From a bacterium (GTDB taxonomy: Bacteria > Hinthialibacterota > Hinthialibacteria > Hinthialibacterales > Hinthialibacteraceae): DNA of 18,824 nt. The stretch covers positions 1-18,824 of the forward strand of contig CAXXSM010000020.1 in NCBI GenBank assembly GCA_963663405.2, given 5' to 3'. The notes below the pieces were generated by a model. It was not told the DNA's origin. It ran no database searches and saw only the letters and a program-made list of their open reading frames with translations. A program made the position numbers and the translations under genes. Of the stretch, positions 18,824 through 18,824 are shown in pieces (within the stretch, counting starts at the first letter, position 1; each line of letters begins with the position of its first letter).

Positions 18824-18824
18824 C

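Overview
Bacterial genomic window, probably from an uncultured glycan-degrading lineage. It holds (i) the 3' part of a large secreted surface protein (beta-helix repeats, split TolB/PD40 propeller, cohesin-like domain, C-terminal 'TNVNSWMLYDQ' tail) whose first 1.6 kb carries five -1 frameshifts; (ii) an internally deleted serine-resolvase pseudogene; (iii) a minus-strand sulfatase + GH20 hexosaminidase pair; (iv) a ~2.3 kb patch of debris (ISKra4-like and integrase-core transposase remnants, an orphan ORF, a DUF2961 pseudogene) containing an unannotated array of four ~110-bp units, each resembling promoter + hairpin + U-tract (candidate sRNA array, the most unusual signal here); (v) a secreted GH63/MGH1-like glycoside hydrolase; (vi) a ~2.1 kb IS with bipartite terminal inverted repeats and a DDE transposase broken by one TAG; (vii) a minus-strand run of hypothetical protein, Tat-exported Gfo/Idh/MocA oxidoreductase and HEAT-DUF1080 fusion. 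Family calls come from motif recognition by eye; no searches were run.
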